Source: Eledone cirrhosa (lineage: Eukaryota). From it: a stretch of DNA of 64,000 nucleotides. This document shows positions 42,411 to 54,399 of this stretch, one piece after another. The position numbers and the translations under genes are program-made. The notes beneath the pieces were generated by a model. The model saw nothing but the letters and a program-made list of their open reading frames with translations. It ran no database searches and was not told where the DNA came from. The DNA is taken from positions 328,290,001 through 328,354,000 of the forward strand of contig OZ024742.1 in NCBI GenBank assembly GCA_964016885.1, in the 5' to 3' direction. Each line of letters begins with the position of its first letter. Position 1 is the stretch's first letter.

Positions 42411-45121
42411 GATTTCTTTATTAACCACAAGGGTTTACATAAAGTAGACATTAAGGACAGTGCAGGACAATACAGGACTGTACAAATGGGCATTTCTGCG
42501 TGTAAAAAACAAAAACAGAGGGTGTAACAAAAAATAACAATGAAAAATTCCCCAATAGGGGGGATACTTCGGAGGGACATTTGTGGAAAAAGCCCAGTAA
42601 AAGCCACAATGACCCTGACCACCAAGGCAAGTGCCCTCTCCCAGTTTTCCACCTTTAATTTACAGATATATACTCAGAGTAGGCCCATTCACTCGGGCCA
42701 TTCTTGCTTCTCTCACCCATCTTTCAACAAAATGCTGGGAAGAGAGCACTTCCCTCTCTACTCTGATTTTCCTTTTCAAATGAAATTTGAAAAAGTCAAT
42801 CAGAGCATCACCGAAGAGGTAAGTGCTCGTCTTCAGCCCTTTCAAACGTGTCCACCATACTATCTCTTTCGCCATGGCCACCAGACAGATAAAAACTGCC
42901 TGCCCTTCCCGGCTAAAGGAGGAGGGCGGGGCAATCCTCACGATGGACTCAGATGATAGCCGGATCCGTCCTAAACGCGACAGCAGGTGTTCGACATAAA
43001 CCCACAAGTCAGCAATTTTCGGACACTGGACGAGTGCGTGCAGGACGGCCGTCGCCCTGCGCGCATCTCGGACATGCCCGGCTGACGGCACCTCCATGCC
43101 TGTAGAGTTTATCCCGAACTGGCAAGGCTCCACGGTAGCATTGCCAGGCCAGAGATTTCTGGAAGTTGTCCATAGGCCCTGGCCCGAAAGTTCTTCCGAA
43201 GAGATTGGCTAGTTGATTTTCGTCGACGCCTAGAGTTTCCCCAAGTACGTCGTCGCTCTTCCCCTCCACTAATCCTCTATAGAACGCCGAGGTGGAGTTT
43301 CCACCGATCACATTGCCCGATTGGTCGAGGGCTGTGAGCGCCTGAAGACATTCCAGTCTTCAGGCGCTCCCTCTCGGTCTTCGCTTGACCCAGGACTGCA
43401 GCTCCGTTAAGGAAACGAGCTGGGGAAATACGTGTCTAGCAAACGGCGACCACACCTGATCACCGTCGAGGAAGAGGTGGAGATGTCGTAGCCTGAGCGC
43501 GTGCCTGCGCATCATCAGCCACGGCATACCCAGCCCTCCACGTAGCGGGTGTTGACAACAGATGGACCGCCTGACCATCGGAGCGCGTCCCTTCCACAAA
43601 AAGCGAAAGAGCAAACGCTCCAGCGCAGTCAGGCGAGGCTTAGGACAAGGCACGACGGTCAGGCGGTAGCAGATGACAGACGCGATGTACGCGTTAGCCA
43701 CCTCCGCTCGACCTTTCAGGGATAGCTTCCTCTCGGCCCATTTCTGGGTGAGAGAAGCCACCCTGCTCGTCACCTCGTCCCAGTTTTTGTCCGTCTGGAG
43801 GTCCGGACCGAACCAGACCCCTAGCAATTTAACCAGTCCGTCCGTCCAGCGTCCGACGACGCTGTTGGACGGCATGGACCTGCCTCTCCAGGTGCCGAGC
43901 TGCAGGCCCACTGACTTTTCCTGGTTGATCATTGCTCCTGTCACCGCTTCGTATTCTCTTAGTGTAGTGCCGATCGCTTCGATGTGTTTGGCGTTCGACA
44001 CCACTACGGTGACATCGTCCGCATATGCTGACACGGATCTTCCGCATCCTAGTTCGCGCGGGACGCCCCTCAACGCCTCCAGTTTGTGCAGTAATGGCTC
44101 GAGAGTCAATACGTACAAGAGGGACGAGAGGGGACATCCTTGGCGGACCGAGCGCATGATGTTGAACGGTTCCGACAGGTGACCGTTCACTCTCACCACA
44201 GAGCAGATGTCGCTGTGCATGGCAGCGATCCAGCCTTTGAAGACGGGCCCAAAGCCAGCCGCCCTCAGGACTGCCGCTAGGTAACTATGGTCGACCCTAT
44301 CGAAAGCTTTCGACTGATCTAAATTGATCAAGGACCCACCCGCGCCAGGTTCCCTAGCTACCCTCTCTACGATGTATCGCATGGGGTGGAGGTTGTCGTG
44401 GATGGATCTGTCGGGAATGGCGCATGTCTGCGCCTCTCCCACCAGACCACCAACGACAAGCGCCAACCTCTTTGCTAGCACCTTGGCCAAAATCTTGAAT
44501 TCTGTGTTTAGCAGAGTTATTCCGGACGCCCCTCAACGTCTCCAGTTTGTGCAGTAATGGCTCGAGAGTCAATACGTACAAGAGGGACGAGAGGGGACAT
44601 CCTTGGCGGATCGAGCGCATGATGTTGAACGGTTCTGACAGGTGACCGTTCACTCTCACCACAGAGCAGATGTCGCTGTGCATGGCAGCGATCCAGCCTT
44701 TGAAGACGGGCCCAAAGCCAGCCGCCCTCAGGACTGCCGCTAGGTAACGATGGTCGACCCTATCGAAAGCTTTCGACTGATCTAAATTGATCAAGGACCC
44801 ACCCGTGCCAGGTTCCCTAGCTACCCTCTCTACGATGTATCGCATGAGGTGGAGGTTGTCGTGGATGGATCTGTCGGGAATGGCGCATGTCTGCGCCTCT
44901 CCCACCAGACCACCAACGACAAGCGCCAACCTCTTTGCTAGCACCTTGGCCAAAATCTTGAACTCTGTGTTTAGCAGAGTTATTCCGGACGCCCCTCAAC
45001 GTCTCCAGTTTGTGCAGTAATGGCTCGAGAGTCAATACGTACAAGAGGGACGAGAGGGGACATCCTTGGCGGACCGAGCGCATGATGTTGAACGGTTCCG
45101 ACAGGTGACCGTTCACTCTCA
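42411..45121 (-). pseudogene. L1/Tx1-clade LINE, truncated and frameshifted ORF2 (RT plus C-terminal zinc knuckle)
   Basis: LAKVLAKRL, LDQSKAFDRVDH, RQGCPLSSLLY, AYADD, LLGVWF, GGLG, and CPRC...HALVQC split over 43360-44490, 43009-43311 and 42660-43133. The 3' UTR ends AATAAAGAAATC plus (ATT)n. Confidence 0.9.
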
Positions 45122-45829
45122 GATTGGTTTTTCTTTGCTGCTGTTGTTGTTGTTGTCGTCAGAGCTGCTGTTACTTTTGTTGTTGTTGCAGGTACTACGA
45201 GTACTGCCTTCGCCGCTGTTGCTGTGGTTGTTGTTGGTGTTGCTGCTGCTAATGCTGTTGTTGTTTATGCTGCTGGTGATGCTGTTGCGGCTGCTACTGT
45301 TGTTTTCATTGTCACTGTTGCTGTTGTTATTACGGCTGCTACTGCTATTATTCCTGACGTCAGACGAATGAACTGGGTTTTCGTATTTCCCGCACACCTG
45401 TTTCGTCGCTGTCGTCGTCGTCGTGGAGAAACCTTGCATGCTTTGCACGAGACTTTTCTTTTCTTTCGTCACTTGCGAAAGAGAAGGGAGGGAGAGAGAC
45501 ACATTTAAAGAAGGGAGGGAGAGAGACAATCTTCTCTCTGCTGTAGTGACGATTGAGGAAGAAGAAGACGGAATGAGTGGGAGTGACCTATGCAAATTCT
45601 TTTTCGTAGCCATGCTGTTTTTTTTGTTTAAAATAAATATTGGGTACAAACACCCAATAAGCAGTTATTTAACCCCGAAGGGCCAAATAACGGGCAGAAA
45701 GACCCCTCTCACGAGGAGGAGGGTGTTTTTGTCTACAAGTTGGTCTAAGTTTTAAACAATTTACAATTGTTAAAGCGTTCAAAATTTACAGTACCTTACA
45801 GAGCCGAGCCTCCGTCAACCATAGCATTC

Positions 45830-45875
<46 letters not shown>

Positions 45876-45878
<3 letters not shown>

Positions 45879-46477
45879 TGTCTGTTCCAATAGACAGATA
45901 TGTCTGTTCCAATAGACAGATATGTCTGTTCCAATAGACAGATATGTCTGTTCCAATAGACAAGAATGTATCTATAAAAACATTTGAAAAATTGAGCAAG
46001 TATAAGGACCTGGAGATGGAAATTGGAAAAATGTGGAAATTGAGAACTAAAACAATACCAGTGGTTGTAGGCGCTCTAGGAATGATACCTAAGGGGTCAA
46101 ATGATTACTTATCGCAAATCCCAGGAAACCCGCGTATAGGATAAATACAAAAGATAGTACTAATGGGAACTGCCCATATACTAAGGAAGATTCTGTCAAT
46201 ATAAGTACATTACAAGTCTAAACACTAAAGATACATGTGTGAGTATGTATGTTCTTTCTTGAACATGGCGGACCTTGTTGTCTCTTGAGGTCACTGGTTG
46301 TGACTTGGTGATAACTCGTATGAACATAAAGCAAGATAAATGCAACTGTAAAAATAATAATAATAATTATAATAATAATAATAATAATAATAATAACATG
46401 GCGGACCTTGTTGTCTCTTGAGGTCACTGGTTGTGACTTGGTGATAACTCGTATAAACATAAAGCAAGATAAATGCA

Positions 46478-46478
<1 letters not shown>
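45876..46478 (+). pseudogene. 3' fragment of a second R4/Dong subfamily with duplicated 3' UTR, in (TAA)n
   Basis: DMSVPIDKNVSIKTFEKLSKYKDLEMEIGKMW...IPVVVGALG. 3' UTR 46262-46346 is repeated at 46395-46478. TAA tracts on all sides. Confidence 0.8.
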
Positions 46479-46519
<41 letters not shown>

Positions 46520-46520
46520 T

Positions 46521-47426
46521 TGTACTGAAGGAGGGGACAGTAGGCCAGGGGATGTCCAAGGAGGAAATAACATCAAGGAGGAAGAGCAGCCTTAAGGGAA
46601 AATCCCTTCATAGTACCTTCTTTGAGAAAACTGAATTTAGAGATCCACAGACATGGAACTGGTTGAGAAGAGGAGACCTTAAAAAGGCTACAGAAGGAAT
46701 GCTAATGGCTGCGCAGGAGCAGGCCCTCAAAACGAAGTGGTTGAAGCACCATATCTACAAGGAGGAGGCTAGCCCACTGTGCAGGATCTGTGGAGAGAGA
46801 GAGGAGACTGTGGCTCACATTGTGTCCGAGTGTAAACACCTAGCCCAGACCCACTATAAGGGCTGGAGACACGATGTGATGGGCAGGGTGATCCACTGGC
46901 ACCTGTGCAAAGTAAACAATCTACCACATTCTGAGAAATGGTATGAGCATAGGCCAGAGGCGGTGATGGAGAACAGTCAGGTGAAGGTGCTGTGGGATTT
47001 TAGGATACAGACGGACAAAAAACTGGAACACAATAGATCTGACCTGGTGGTTATGGACAAAGAAAATTGATCGTGCCTGATTGTGGATGTGGCCTGCCCG
47101 TTCGACACGAGAGTGCAAGAGAAGGAAAGGGAGAAAATTAACCGATACCAGGACCTAAAGTGGGAGGTGAAAAGGATTTGGAACTGCCATGAAGTCAAAG
47201 TGATCCCGATTGTCATAGGCGCACTGGGGACTATCTCCAAAGGTTTCCAGGGATGGTTAAAGAAAATCGGCCCCTTCACGCTTTTTGGAACGCTTCAAAA
47301 GGCATGCTTGCTTGGAACAGCAAGAACCCTCCGATACGTCCTGAATATCTGAGGCTGCAGGTAGTGGCTTGATATTCAATCCAACGGACTTTCCAGTTAA
47401 CCAACATCAATGACTGAGATTCAAGG
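46521..47426 (+). pseudogene. 5'-truncated near-identical copy of the Dong element at 38908
   Basis: Matches ~41469-42374 with few substitutions and one in-frame stop at 47068-47070. (TAA)n on both sides. Confidence 0.92.
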
Positions 47427-47432
47427 AATAAC

Positions 47433-47479
<47 letters not shown>

Positions 47480-47480
<1 letters not shown>

Positions 47481-47665
47481 TGTTTCTACTTTTGGCACAA
47501 GGCCATCAATTATCCCAGTGCATTACTGGTACTTTATTTTATCGACCTCGTAAGGATGAAAGGCAAAGTCAACCTCGGCGGGATTTGAACTCAGATCGTA
47601 AAGGGACGTAACTATGCTGGAAAGCATGGTGTCTGACCCTCTACCGATACTGCCAATCCACCGCC
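47480..47665 (-). mobile_element. Full-length tRNA-derived SINE (family of 15521)
   Basis: Reverse complement of the 15521-15714 element. Its ATT tail is the (TAA)n tract next to the Dong copy. Confidence 0.85.
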
Positions 47666-48489
47666 TATAATAATAATAATAATAATCTACATATCTTAGC
47701 TATAAACTAAATCCTCCAAAGTAACAGGATTCTCTAGGTTGCCACCAGATGCCGTTAGATGTGGATGCTGTTTCTAAATTATTTACTCTTTAAAAAATGA
47801 TACTTTCAGACGACCACAAAATGAAAAAAAATTTACTGTGAAATTATGAACATTGAAACTGAGTTTTGTAATCCACTGATTATCAAGAATTTAAAAATAG
47901 GAATCAAACAATCTGTTAAATATAGTTTGATTCATATACTGTTCCTCTCTCCAGGGGTGTATTATCCGGTGTATTCAACGATTATTTATAGTTTCCCAGT
48001 TTTGTAACGATTATCCGCTACCGTCCCCACAAAAGTAAACACATTTTTTTACTTTTAAATTTGCCCAATCTTTCGTAAATAGATCATTGTTTGTTTACAT
48101 TTCTTACATTTCTAGCCTAACTGTTATGGTTTCTAAAATCCCACAAGGATTTTACGGGCTGACTTTCATATAATGGTTATGGTGATCGTCCAGTATTCGA
48201 TGGATGTGTGGGTAAATTCTCAGAAATTGTTCTGTCCATGTCTTTCTGTCTCGAGGGGTATTCTATTCGATTGTGTAACCATTATTTATAGAGAGAAACT
48301 TTATTTATTATTTATTTATTTTTTCATTTTTTTATTTATTAAATAAGGAACCCATTATTTATAGATAGAAACAATTATGTGTAGATTATTTGCATTGTGG
48401 TGGTTTTCTAAAAAAATAACAGTTATATTTTCTTACTTACAATCTCGTAAATTTGTCATGGCATTGTCAGATAATATAATGAATGCGTT

Positions 48490-48990
48490 GCCCACTCAAG
48501 CCACTACTTGCAGCCTCAAATTTTCAAAATGTATTGGCGAGTCCTTGCTGTTTCGAGTAAGCATCCCTTTTGAAGTGTTCCCCCAAAAGAGGGGTGGGCT
48601 AATGTTCTTTAAACAGCCTTAGAAATTCTTCGAGAAAGTAGCTAGTGCTCCTATGACGATGGGGCGACTTTGATCTCATGGCAGTTCCAAATCCTTTTCA
48701 GTTCTGTCTTTAGATCCCGGTACCAGCTAATTTTCTCGTTCGTTTCTTGCACTCTTATGTCAAAGAGGCAAGCTACACCTATAATCAATCAATACCTGAT
48801 TTCCTTGTCAGAAACCATCAGGTCTGGCCTATTGTGTACTTATTCTTTATTTGTTTGTATCATAAAATCCCACAGCACCTTCACCCGATCATTTTCTATC
48901 ATCGACTTTGGCTTAAGCTCATACCATTTCTCAGGATGAGTTAAATTATTCAGTTTGCACAAATGTCATTCGATCACTATTCCTATGAAA
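48490..48990 (-). pseudogene. Older decayed Dong 3' fragment
   Basis: Reverse complement resembles 41830-42320 (VKVLWDF, NRPDL, CLFD, and 3' UTR GGCTGCAAGTAGTGGCTTGA). Confidence 0.75.
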
Positions 48991-49319
48991 AATGAGCAGC
49001 TATTAATTATAACATCAAATGTGCAATTTCAATGTTAATTGCAAAATGTTGGAGCAGAAATGTTACATTCATCGGAAGAAATGGGATTGGTGGCGGTGAT
49101 GGTGGTGGCGACGGCAGTAGTAGTAATAGAAGTAGTAGAGTGGAACACACCATATTATGTCATACATACCATTTGCACGAAATATAAACTGCTGAGTACA
49201 TCAAATGTAAAACCCAAACGCATACAGAGAGACAAATAAAATCAAAAGAGAAACGAAATACAAAAACATATTTATAGAAGCACATAATAGTATACACTAG
49301 TGCAACAAAGAAATATATA

Positions 49320-49683
49320 CAGTGTATTCTTGGCATTCGCGGTCCCGGATTTCGCGGAATTTTCCTTAGAATCTTACTAATAATTGTTCGTAGACACCAC
49401 CGCATATTCGAGGAATCATAAATATCTTCCGCGATTTTTTATGGCTTTTATCGAGGCAATGTATATTTTTTAACGCTAAATTATTAATAACAACATACCG
49501 TATTTGCCGATCTATTGGACGCTCATTCGCATAAGATGCTCCCTCTTTTTTTAAAAATATATTTTACGTAATAATTTGACATTTATAGGCATTTTTATGG
49601 ATTCACGGCCAATATTCGTGGTTTTTAAACGCTTCGCAGGTGCACAAGAAAACTAACCCCCCGCGATTACCGAGGGACGACTG
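49320..49683. mobile_element. Tigger/pogo-type MITE
   Basis: TA|CAGTGTATTCTTGGCATTCGCGG ... CCGCGATTACCGAGGGACGACTG|TA imperfect TIRs with TA TSD. An internal TACCGTATTTGCCG fragment (49496-49545) may be a second pogo-like end. Confidence 0.6.
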
Positions 49684-49895
49684 TATTCAGTAGCACACTT
49701 AATAACAAGCAGAAGAAATACACACACTATGGCAGATCAACTACAATTACTACCGAGGAAGGCCAAGCACAATATAGTAATCGGTTACGATACGTGACCA
49801 TTTAACGCTGCAATCAGTAAATGCCGCTGTACCATACAAGCCAGTCTATGAAAATCGCGCAATGAACGGCTACGATTAGCTCATCCACCAATGTT

Positions 49896-50545
49896 AAGTA
49901 TATAACTGAGTGTATAACTAAGTGTATAACTAAGTGTATAACTGAGTGTATAACTAAGTGCATAACTAAGTGTATAACTGAGTGTATAACTAAGTGCATA
50001 ACTAAGTGTATAACTGAGTGTATAACTAAGTGTATAACTAAGTGTATAACTAAGTGTATAACTAAGTGTATAACTAAGTGTATAACTAAGTGTATAACTG
50101 AGTGTATAACTACGTGTATAACTAAGTGTTTAACTACGTGTATAACTGAGTGTATAACTAAGTGTATAACTAATTGTATACCTGACTGTATAACTAAGTG
50201 TATAACTACGTGTATAACTAAGTGTATAACTGAGTGTATAACTGAGTGTATAACTAAGGGTATATCTGAGTGTATAACTAAGTGTATAACTAAGTGTATA
50301 ACTAAGTGTATAACTAAGTGTATAATTGAGTGTACAGCTAAGTGTATAACTAAGTGTATAATTAAGTGTACAACTAAGTGTATAACTAAGTGTATAACTA
50401 ATTGCATAACTGAGTGTATAACTAAGTGTATAACTAAGTGTATAACTAAGTGTATAACTAAGTGTATAACTAAGTGTATAACTAAGTGTATAACTAAGTG
50501 TATAACTAAGTGTATAATGTCAGATACAATTAAGTGTATATAACT
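49896..50545. repeat. 12-bp tandem repeat (AGTGTATAACT[A/G])n, ~50 units
   Basis: Directly visible, with scattered variant units. Confidence 0.95.
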
Positions 50546-50954
50546 TCCCATATAATTGTCAGCATAATAAACACAATTTTAATCAGAATAATAATTATAA
50601 TCATCCCCATCAAATTTCCTCTTCTTCATCATAATCCTTATTATCATTATGAACTTTATATCATACCATCATCACTACAGCCGTATCAACAGCATCATTA
50701 TCATCATCATTCTCACTATCATCATTATCTCTATTATCATCACCACCATTTCCATCATCATGCTCATCATCATCACCGCCATTTCCATCATCATCACCAC
50801 CATTTCCATCATCGCTACCATCCTCTTACTACTGAAGATTTGTGCAAAAGAAAAAGTGAATAAACACATTAACACCACCAGCAGCATCACCATCTCCAAC
50901 TCAAACACCAGCAGCCACACTACCACAGCAACCACAAGCCACCACCACTACTTC

Positions 50955-51812
50955 CACCACCACCACCACCATCATTAATACAACCAACACCAACACGACC
51001 ACTACAACCACTACCACCACCACCACCATCATTAATACAACCAACACCAACACGACCACTACAACCACTACCACCACCACCACCATCATTAATACAACCA
51101 ACACCAACACGACCACTACAACCACTACCACCACCACCACCATCATTAATACAACCAACACCAACACGACCACTACAACCACCACCACCACCACCATCAT
51201 TAATACAACCAACACCAACACGACCACTACAACCACTACCACCACCACCACCACCATCATTAATACAACCAACACCAACACGACCACTACAACCACCACC
51301 ACCACCACCATCATTAATACAGCCAACACCAACACGACCACTACAACCACCACCACCACCACCATCATTAATACAACCAACACCAACACGACCACTACAA
51401 CCACCACCACCACCACCATCATTAATACAGCCAACACCAACACGACCACTACAACCACCACCACCACCACCATCATTAATACAGCCAACACCAACACGAC
51501 CACTACAACCACCACCACTACCACCATCATTAATACAACCAACACCAACACGACCACTACAACCACTACCACCACCACCACCATCATTAATACAACCAAC
51601 ACCAACACGACCACTACAACCACCACCACCACCACCATCATTAATACAGCCAACACCAACACGACCACTACAACCACCACCACCACCACCATCATTAATA
51701 CAACCAACACCAACACGACCACTACAACCACCACCACCACCACCATCATTAATACAGCCAACACCAACACGACCACTACAACCACCACCACCACCACCAT
51801 CATTAATACAGC
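50955..51812. repeat. ~57-63-bp minisatellite built on (ACC)n, ~14-15 units, within a CAC/CAT-rich tract extending to ~52920
   Basis: Repeated ATCATTAATACA[A/G]CCAACACCAACACGACCACTACA followed by a variable (ACC)n. Confidence 0.9.
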
Positions 51813-53343
51813 CACTGACAAAACCACCACCTCCACCACAATCACCCTCACCACCACCACCATCATTACCAATACTAGCTGCAACAACTCCATCTCGATT
51901 AACATCAACACCATCATCACTAACAACGCCACCATCAACACCAGAGGCAGAAACAGCATCCATCATCATCATCCCCACCACTTACATGACAACGTACACC
52001 ACCACCACCACTGCTATACGACCAAAAACAAAACTACTTCTACTACTACTACCACCACTACAAACACGGCCAACACAAACACCGCCGCCACCACCACCAC
52101 CACCACCACCACCACCACCACCAACACGGCCAACACAACAACCGCCACCACCGCTGCTGCTGCCAACTCCACAGACATTGCTGCCGTAACCACCACCACC
52201 ACTGTCGTCGCCAATACCATCACCACTAACACCACCAGGATTACCACCGCCACCGCCGCCACAACCAATCTACCACCAACAACACCACTTCATGCTGCCA
52301 TCCTCAATACCACAAACACCACAATCACCACAAGGCACCAAAACCACCAGCGCAACAACCACCACCCCACCACCGAAACCACCACCACCACAACCACCAT
52401 CACCACCGAAACCACCACCACTACCATCACCACTACCACCACAACCGCCACCATCACCGGGACCACCACTACCACAACTACCACCACCATCACCACAACC
52501 GCCACCATAACCAGAACCACCACCACCACCACCACCACCACCACCACCACCGGAACTACCACCACCAGCACCACCACCACCGAAACCACCACCACTACCA
52601 CCACCACTACAACCACCACCGCCACCTCTACAACCACCACCACCGAAACCACCACCACTACAACCACCACCACTACAACCACCACCACCGAAACCACCAC
52701 CACTACCACCACCACTACAACCACCACCGCCACCTCTACAACCACCACCACCGAAACCACCACCACTACAACCACCACCACTACAACCACCACCACCGAA
52801 ACCACCACCACTACCACCACCACTACAACCACCACCACCACCACTACAACCACCACCACCGAAACCACCACCACCACCAACACCACAATCACAACCACCA
52901 CGACCAACAACAACAACGCCACTTCACGCTGCCGTCGTCAATACCTAGAGCCAGACGAGTTTTCTATGTGTTCCTTCCAATTTTTATATAGCGTGTCACT
53001 CCTCGGCCGTCAGCAGATATCGATTGCAAAAGAAGTGAAGTAGCTAAATGTGGAGTAGTCCGACCATTCTCTGTGGAGTAGCTCAACTTCCTCAACTTTC
53101 TCAGCTTTCTCAGCTTCTAGTGCTGTTGACTCACTCAACAGAATGAACAAGTCACTTCTTGAGATACGGTTTCGATCTCACCCTACCCCACTACACCAAT
53201 CATTTCTACTTTTTCTCTCCTTCAGGGTATTCACCCTCACCCGCTAAACGGTTCTTGTAGTGTTATTTATTTTCTTTTATTTTTTGTTATACTTTATTTT
53301 TATGATTATGTTTTATCACACACACACACATATATATATAAGC

Positions 53344-53406
<63 letters not shown>

Positions 53407-53454
53407 AGTTGGAATAGAATGAAACGAAATTTCATTTCTCACTCTTAGTACGGC

Positions 53455-53497
<43 letters not shown>

Positions 53498-53607
53498 TGC
53501 TACTGTACGTCTGTATACATATATGTATGTACGTATACATACATACTTATATATATATATATATATATGCTTATATATATATGTGTGTGTGATAAAACAT
53601 AATCATA

Positions 53608-53646
<39 letters not shown>

Positions 53647-54399
53647 TATCATATATATATATTTTTTTTTCATTTTGTTTGGAAACTTCAGAAGTTCTTT
53701 TTCTATTTCCTTTCATTTTCTCTCTCAATGAGGATCGATGATATTGATATAGTGAATATCTGTGGCTTGTATCAATTAAACCAGACGCCTGTCGCTCACA
53801 CATTTCTCCGAAGTCTTTTTAACAACAGCGCACCATTTCGATACTGCCACAGACATACTTAACGTTTGTTGGTGATTCCATCCCTCCAAATATATATATC
53901 ATACACTTAAACAAACACACACACACGCACTTACACACGCACATACATACACACACACCCCACATTAAAATATATTACCACGTACAGACATCTATACACA
54001 CATATTCACGCATACAAATGATATCCATATAATAATAATGGCTTCTAATTTTGGAACAAGCCCAGTAATTTGGGGGAGGGGAAAGTGGATTATATCATCC
54101 TCCAACGGACAACAACAGGATTTGAAGTCACATCATAAAGAACATATATCGCTAACCATTTGCGTGATGCTCAACCCACTGTCCTATTCTACCTAATATC
54201 TAATTTTGGCATAAGTCCATCAATTTGTAAGCAGAGGAAAGTCAATTTCCCGAAGAGATGAAAGGCAAAGAGGTTGTCGGTGGTATTTGAACACAGAATG
54301 TGAAGTCCTGGATCAAATATTGCTAAGCATTTGTTCGACACTCTTACGACTATCCAAATCCAATAAGGATTTCTATAGGCATACGCTCTGAGCACGTCC

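Noticed and set aside
45648-45730. Twister ribozyme (GGGTCTTTCTGCCC and TAACTGC resemble twister motifs)
   Set aside because: The L4 sequence lacks the conserved purines and no T1 pseudoknot partner could be placed.
49814-50551. 245-aa (LVIH)n ORF
   Set aside because: Read-through of the 12-bp tandem repeat.
50860-52940. Thr-rich mucin-like exon (or poly-Val/Gly ORFs on the - strand)
   Set aside because: Built from ACC/CAT microsatellite. The Thr frame is broken by shifts (e.g. near 50940) and no splice or start signals support it.
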